64,000 nt of DNA. Origin: a virus. Each line of letters opens with the position of its first letter. The first letter of the stretch is position 1. Positions 59,239-64,000 of this stretch are shown piece after piece. The translations under genes and the position numbers were made by a program. The notes beneath the pieces were generated by a model. That model ran no database searches and was not told the origin of the DNA. It saw nothing but the letters and a program-made list of their open reading frames with translations. Location: positions 2,618 through 66,617 of IMG/VR virus record IMGVR_UViG_3300028274_000008, one strand, 5' to 3'.

Positions 59239-61065
59239 TTAATTAATATTTACAATCATATTATCTTGCGTAACACTTAAGGCTAAAGCATCAGTGGCAT
59301 TTATTATAGTCAAAAGGTCTTGGCTGGTTATAAAACTTAAAACATCTGTTGGCAATAAAATTAATATATGTGTAATAATTGCCAGGTCATCAGTAGTTAA
59401 ACTTTGATTAGCTAAAGCAGCAACCAAGTTTAATAAGAATTCCATTGTGATGTCAGTTGTTAAAGAATCATTTTCTAAAGCCATAAGTAAATTTAAAACT
59501 AAAGCATCATCAATTGTACTGGTACTACTGGTGTTTAAAATCTCTGTAATCAATGGACGGATAACATTAGCATCCATACCAGTGGTACTTGATGTATTAA
59601 CTAAATTAGTAATCAATCGGTAGATAAAAATTTTATCAACATCAGTAACACTGGAAGCATTGGCAATATCAGCAATTAACTGTAAATATATTTTATGATC
59701 AATTGCAGTTGTAGCCGAAGCATTAGCCAGGCTTGTAACAAGAGATCTTATAAATCCATGGATTATTCCGGTAGTAGCAGATAAATTATTTATAACTGCT
59801 AACAGCAGTCTATTAACTATTGGATCAATGCCAGGAGTAATAGAAAGATTATTTATATTAGTTAATAAGTCCCTGGTAAATTGTAAATCAATAGCAGTAA
59901 CAGTTGAGGTATTAGCTAAATTAACAATAATGTTAGCAAGTCTTTCCCAATCTATATCAGTAACTGCTGAAGTATTAGTTAAAGCACATAAAATATCTCT
60001 AGTAGTTATTGGGTCAGTAGTAGTTACAGCTGAAGCATTAACCAGATCAACCAATAAATTAATGTTAGCAACAAGACCAGCATCGGTAGTAAAAGAGCTA
60101 TTAGCAAGATTAACAAGAAGGAAACGTTCCCTTGTTTCCATTATTAAATCATACCCATCTTCTAATAAGAGAAAACCAGAATCATCTTCAAGTATGATTC
60201 GATCATACTGAGCATCAAATAAATTATCAATATCAGCAGTTAAAGAAGCATTAAGTAATGCTGCAACAAAAACTCTAGGTACCGTCTTATCTATACCAGC
60301 TACAGCAGAAAGATTGGTTAGAGTAGCAGTTATTGTTTTTTTAACTGTCGGATCAATTCCAGATGTAACTGAAGTATTAGCCAAAGCTGAAACCAAATAA
60401 AAAACATACAGATAATCAATATCTGAAGTAAGTGTATCATCTAGTAAAACAGTTGTAATACTCCGAGTTACCGTTGGTACTACAATACCTGTGGTAGATG
60501 AAGCGTTAGCTAAGTTTGTTGTTTGGTTCAAAGTTTTTTTCAGATCTATGGCTGTAGTAGCTGAAGCATTAGCAAGACTGGTGGTAAGCAGTCTAACTGT
60601 AGTTGGATCTACTGTAGTTAGAGCAGAGGTATTCTGTAAATCAGCAACTACTGGTCTTGTGATAATTATATCAGAAGCAGTAATTACAGAAATATTATTT
60701 AAATCAACAATATACTTTATAGTAATTTGTTGGTCTATTCCTGTTTCTAATATAAGCTTAAACCCATCTTCTAGTAATAAATTATTATCATTTTCTAATG
60801 CTAAAGTATCTCCTCCTGGTAGAGTTGATGTATTTAATGCCATTACAGAGAGGTTCCGGGTTACCGTAGGGGATACATCCAGTAAAGCAGAAACATTGCT
60901 TAAATCGACTATTATGGCCCTTGTGTGGGTTATTTCAATAGCAGTAGTAACTGAAGTGTTTTCAATAGATGTAGTAAGGTCAATAAATGTCTTTTCTAAT
61001 TCAAGACTAAAACCGTCTTCAAGGAGTAGATTGGAACCATCTTCTAATAATAATATATCTGCCAT
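59239..61065 (-). CDS. Repetitive (~26-aa unit) T/L/N-rich structural protein
   Basis: Repeated L.N.S..T.ID unit and three LLLEDG clusters. Confidence 0.65.
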   Translation of the reverse strand: MADILLLEDGSNLLLEDGFSLELEKTFIDLTTSIENTSVTTAIEITHTRAIIVDLSNVSALLDVSPTVTRNLSVMALNTSTLPGGDTLALENDNNLLLEDGFKLILETGIDQQITIKYIVDLNNISVITASDIIITRPVVADLQNTSALTTVDPTTVRLLTTSLANASATTAIDLKKTLNQTTNLANASSTTGIVVPTVTRSITTVLLDDTLTSDIDYLYVFYLVSALANTSVTSGIDPTVKKTITATLTNLSAVAGIDKTVPRVFVAALLNASLTADIDNLFDAQYDRIILEDDSGFLLLEDGYDLIMETRERFLLVNLANSSFTTDAGLVANINLLVDLVNASAVTTTDPITTRDILCALTNTSAVTDIDWERLANIIVNLANTSTVTAIDLQFTRDLLTNINNLSITPGIDPIVNRLLLAVINNLSATTGIIHGFIRSLVTSLANASATTAIDHKIYLQLIADIANASSVTDVDKIFIYRLITNLVNTSSTTGMDANVIRPLITEILNTSSTSTIDDALVLNLLMALENDSLTTDITMEFLLNLVAALANQSLTTDDLAIITHILILLPTDVLSFITSQDLLTIINATDALALSVTQDNMIVNIN

Positions 61066-61079
61066 TTGTCAGCTCCGTA

Positions 61080-61658
61080 TTACATTAATTCTTTTGGTTC
61101 ACCGGTTAATTGTTTTGTTTCATCAAATATTGGAAGCAGGCAATCATCTATTGGAGTCATCTCACTTGCATTAATTGGTCCAATAACACCTGCTCGTTCC
61201 ATACCCTCAGCGTAAAGCTCTGAACAGAAAAGCTTATCAAAGTCTTCTTTCTGATCAGGCAGGAAATCAATGGCACTACCCAATGCTTGAACCAAATCAT
61301 AAGGCTTACCCTCTTGGGCTCTCATCCAGGTAAAGAATTTATCCTCATCAAATAAAGCTCTGGCTGACTTGGATAATGGTAGCCACCACATCCCACCTTT
61401 ATAGGCTTTAACCCGGGTACTCATCTGATTAATCTGTACACCAGCAAAACCATCACCAATACTGGTAGACTCAATAATAAGATTAATTCGTTTAATAGTT
61501 GTATTGGATATCTTGACTTGAAGGATAGTACCAATGTGAGAGACATTAGATTTAGTATAACCTTTAATTATTGAAGAAGCTAAACCTGTCCCATTAAACG
61601 CAATTGCATCTCCGGGAAGCATTAAGTCTCTGGCCATACCATAAGGCATCTGTTTCAT
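61080..61658 (-). CDS. Permuted papain-like (NlpC/P60, YiiX-type) enzyme
   Basis: PGD.I.F, SHIG, G.PYD and FCSEL motifs with His before Cys. Confidence 0.8.
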   Translation of the reverse strand: MKQMPYGMARDLMLPGDAIAFNGTGLASSIIKGYTKSNVSHIGTILQVKISNTTIKRINLIIESTSIGDGFAGVQINQMSTRVKAYKGGMWWLPLSKSARALFDEDKFFTWMRAQEGKPYDLVQALGSAIDFLPDQKEDFDKLFCSELYAEGMERAGVIGPINASEMTPIDDCLLPIFDETKQLTGEPKELM

Positions 61659-61807
61659 TTCTTAGCCTCCACTTTATCAAATAAACTAATTAATAAATCT
61701 AAGTCACCTGAGTATGCTGCAGCAATAATAAGAGCAAGAGCAATAGTAGTAATGCAGCCCATTGCAAACATTTTAGTTTTTGGTTTCATTTCTTTTAACC
61801 ATTGCAT
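61655..61807 (-). CDS. Small single-TM membrane protein (50 aa; not in ORF track)
   Basis: MQWLKEMKPKTKMFAMGCITTIALALIIAAAYSG...; AAGGAG RBS; ATGA overlap with the next gene. Confidence 0.6.
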   Translation of the reverse strand: MQWLKEMKPKTKMFAMGCITTIALALIIAAAYSGDLDLLISLFDKVEAKK

Positions 61808-61820
61808 AATATCTCCTTAT

Positions 61821-62567
61821 TTACACCGTCATCCTTAAAATTCTTATTTCATCATATTTGGAATAAGGCGGTTTTTCACCATATTTCCAAACAAAAGTTT
61901 CCACTTGTGGATCGTACATCCATAGATCCATGTTGTCATCAAGGATATGAGTGATTGCGTGTTTAATTATATCCTGCCCTTCATACCTTAATATTACATC
62001 AGACCTTTTGCCAAAGACCAGATTGCCGTAGTTCCACCTTGACAACCATCCAGTTGTTTCATTAACAAAGTCATCGCAGTCGTGGGATTCTTCAATATAT
62101 AATCGTCTGTCTGCTGGATTAGCAACGCAAACAGGTTTAATCATCTCTGGTTTAATTAACCTGAAAATCATATCATCTTCGTAAATATCAAAGGGATGAA
62201 TACCTGTGAGTGTTCTTATCTTTTGCCTTGCTTCATAAACTGATATTTCTCTCATTGTTCCCAAATCAGGAACAGGAGGATTAAGAATATCAGCGTAACC
62301 TTGAGCTTTAAACATTGACCAATCCCCTGCAAGCCACGCCACTAATTCATCCCCTGTTATCAACCCCATCGGATTGAGTATTTCAGCAATTAAAATATCT
62401 GGATGGATTGAAGGCTTCGGGCATTTCTCTTTAACAGCGATAGAAACCATCTGAAGCTGTACGCTGTCTGGCTGACCGAAACAAGCTATGCAATCTGCGT
62501 ATAGACGTTCGTATTGAGTAAAATGGTAATACCCGCCTTCTATGAGATAGTCTTTAATTGTTTTCAT
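61821..62567 (-). CDS. Putative transglutaminase-like/papain-fold cysteine hydrolase
   Basis: DCDDF...HA......YDPQ Cys-His-Asp pattern. Confidence 0.55.
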   Translation of the reverse strand: MKTIKDYLIEGGYYHFTQYERLYADCIACFGQPDSVQLQMVSIAVKEKCPKPSIHPDILIAEILNPMGLITGDELVAWLAGDWSMFKAQGYADILNPPVPDLGTMREISVYEARQKIRTLTGIHPFDIYEDDMIFRLIKPEMIKPVCVANPADRRLYIEESHDCDDFVNETTGWLSRWNYGNLVFGKRSDVILRYEGQDIIKHAITHILDDNMDLWMYDPQVETFVWKYGEKPPYSKYDEIRILRMTV

Positions 62568-62633
62568 TGCTGCCCACCTGTACCTGGGCTGTAGTATTGT
62601 ATTAGTGCTTGTTTTATTGTTGTCATGGTTTCC

Positions 62634-63536
62634 TTATTTGTATTGATATCGGATTATTACTATTCCTGAACCGCCATTTCCTCCATCTGTTGCACTACCG
62701 CCATTTCCTCCGCCACCACCTGAACCTGTGTTATCTGTTCCATCTCCTGCTTGTACTAATGGGTCTTGATCTGAACCTACACCACCACCGCCAGCCCCGC
62801 CAGAGCCTCCTGTTGATCCTCCTGTAGCACCCCAACTTCCACCACCTCCACCGCCAGCTCTTGTTATTGGTGAACCTGTTATTGATGAAGATAGTCCATC
62901 TCCACCATCTCCACCTATTAAAGACTCTCCATTACCACCAACTTCACTGGCACCACCACCACCAGACGCAACATTTCCGGAGGAGCCGCCTGCGTACCCT
63001 TGGTTAGCAGTTCCTGCACCACCTGCACCACTGTCTTTTCCTCCGCCACCACCTGAACCTCCAGCATTACCGTTCGCAGCTCCAGATATTGAACCACCAC
63101 CGCCGCCCCCAACGGAAGTAATGGAGCTAAAAATAGAATCCCCTCCATCTGTGCCACGAATACCCTCTGTGCCACCGACCCCACCGGCCCCACCGGCTCC
63201 TACAGTAATCGGATACGCTTGTGCGGTTACACTTAATGGGGTCTCTGTACTTCCTCCTCCACCGGAGGTTTCGCTTGCATAGCTATTTCTATAACCACCA
63301 GCACCACCACCGCCTGCATAATAATAACCACCACCGCCACCGCCACCAGCAACAACAAGATACTCAACAGTTCCAATATCACCAAGAGTCGTTACAGTAA
63401 AAGTACCGTCAGAAGTGAAAGAATGAATCTTATAGTCACCGTCTGTGGTTATTGTACCGCCTGTGGCTTCCATATAAGCTGCACCACTGCCTTTAATCCT
63501 TGCTAACACCGCTTTATGCGCTAATTGAATAGTCAT
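62634..63536 (-). CDS. Glycine-rich domain protein, tail-fibre associated
   Basis: ATGGTIT..GDYKIH.FTS.GTF, YLVVAGGGGGG, ITVGAGG and GGSGIVIIRY motifs. Confidence 0.8.
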   Translation of the reverse strand: MTIQLAHKAVLARIKGSGAAYMEATGGTITTDGDYKIHSFTSDGTFTVTTLGDIGTVEYLVVAGGGGGGGYYYAGGGGAGGYRNSYASETSGGGGSTETPLSVTAQAYPITVGAGGAGGVGGTEGIRGTDGGDSIFSSITSVGGGGGGSISGAANGNAGGSGGGGGKDSGAGGAGTANQGYAGGSSGNVASGGGGASEVGGNGESLIGGDGGDGLSSSITGSPITRAGGGGGGSWGATGGSTGGSGGAGGGGVGSDQDPLVQAGDGTDNTGSGGGGGNGGSATDGGNGGSGIVIIRYQYK

Positions 63537-63539
63537 AGC

Positions 63540-64000
63540 TTAAGCCTCCGGTGTCCAACCATTAGTAGTGATAAGCCAATCATCGGCTGTGTAGTATTGA
63601 AAGACTGCTATATCTCCAGCGGTTGACAAGTTCGTAATGTTCTTGCCTTCAGCGTTTGTTGTTCCATCCATTAAGTATCCGTCAGCAGCATTTGTATCCA
63701 CGATAACCTCTATTGCTCCGAGTGTTATAATGGTGAAGTTCATTCCTGCTACCATTAGCGGGAGTTGACAAGTGCCGGTTACGTTGCAAATGAACGTACC
63801 ACCGTAAAGATTAGCTCCGGTAAAGTTTGCTGCGAAGTTTGCTGCTGAGTCTGTGACAGGAGTAAGACTTGGCAAAGCTCCCGCACTTGTAAGTCCTGTT
63901 AAAGAAGTTATGTCACTATTAGCTCCATCACTTGCAGCATTAGCCACTTTGGCTAAAGGAATCCCATCGTCATCCAAGCCAGTCATTGAAGTGATGTCAG
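63540..64000 (-). CDS. C-terminal part of a tail-fibre-like protein, 5' end outside the window
   Basis: Frame stays open upstream of 63986 (DITSMTG...GANSDITSLTG repeat typical of tail fibres). Confidence 0.6.
   Translation of the reverse strand, partial: DITSMTGLDDDGIPLAKVANAASDGANSDITSLTGLTSAGALPSLTPVTDSAANFAANFTGANLYGGTFICNVTGTCQLPLMVAGMNFTIITLGAIEVIVDTNAADGYLMDGTTNAEGKNITNLSTAGDIAVFQYYTADDWLITTNGWTPEA

Noticed and set aside
62634-63536. GC-rich segment as a foreign island
   Set aside because: Composition is largely explained by glycine codons

Overview
AT-rich window covering most of the genome of an N4-like phage (Schitoviridae), apparently circularly permuted. The minus-strand morphogenesis block (1-21.5 kb) holds the start of the probable virion RNA polymerase, ejection/structural proteins, a major capsid protein with a ~200-aa insertion, the portal, a tail protein, an adaptor, both terminase subunits and a Tad2-like gene. 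A non-coding strand-switch/terminus region follows (21.6-22.3 kb). The plus-strand early/middle block (22.3-57.4 kb) has repeated N4-type hairpin promoter candidates, a heavily structured non-coding stretch, RadC/JAB, peptide deformylase, two-subunit RNAP II, AAA and vWA proteins, Dda helicase, DNA polymerase, RuvC, primase, SSB, ligase and an M23 peptidase. A second minus-strand tail/structural block ends the window (57.4-64 kb). Highlight: a TIGR-Tas-like RNA-guided module inserted between the vWA gene and the helicase, made of a nuclease-less Nop/IS110-like protein with a Zn-ribbon insert (34646-35515), a perfectly phased 10-unit 36-nt dual-repeat/dual-spacer array (35520-35888) and a basic accessory gene. 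Also present are two group I introns with HNH endonucleases, a DNA polymerase split inside its exonuclease domain by a free-standing HNH-AP2 gene with no intron, and two RepL-like genes sharing an upstream origin-like motif. All family assignments come from motif recognition and synteny by eye; no database searches were run.
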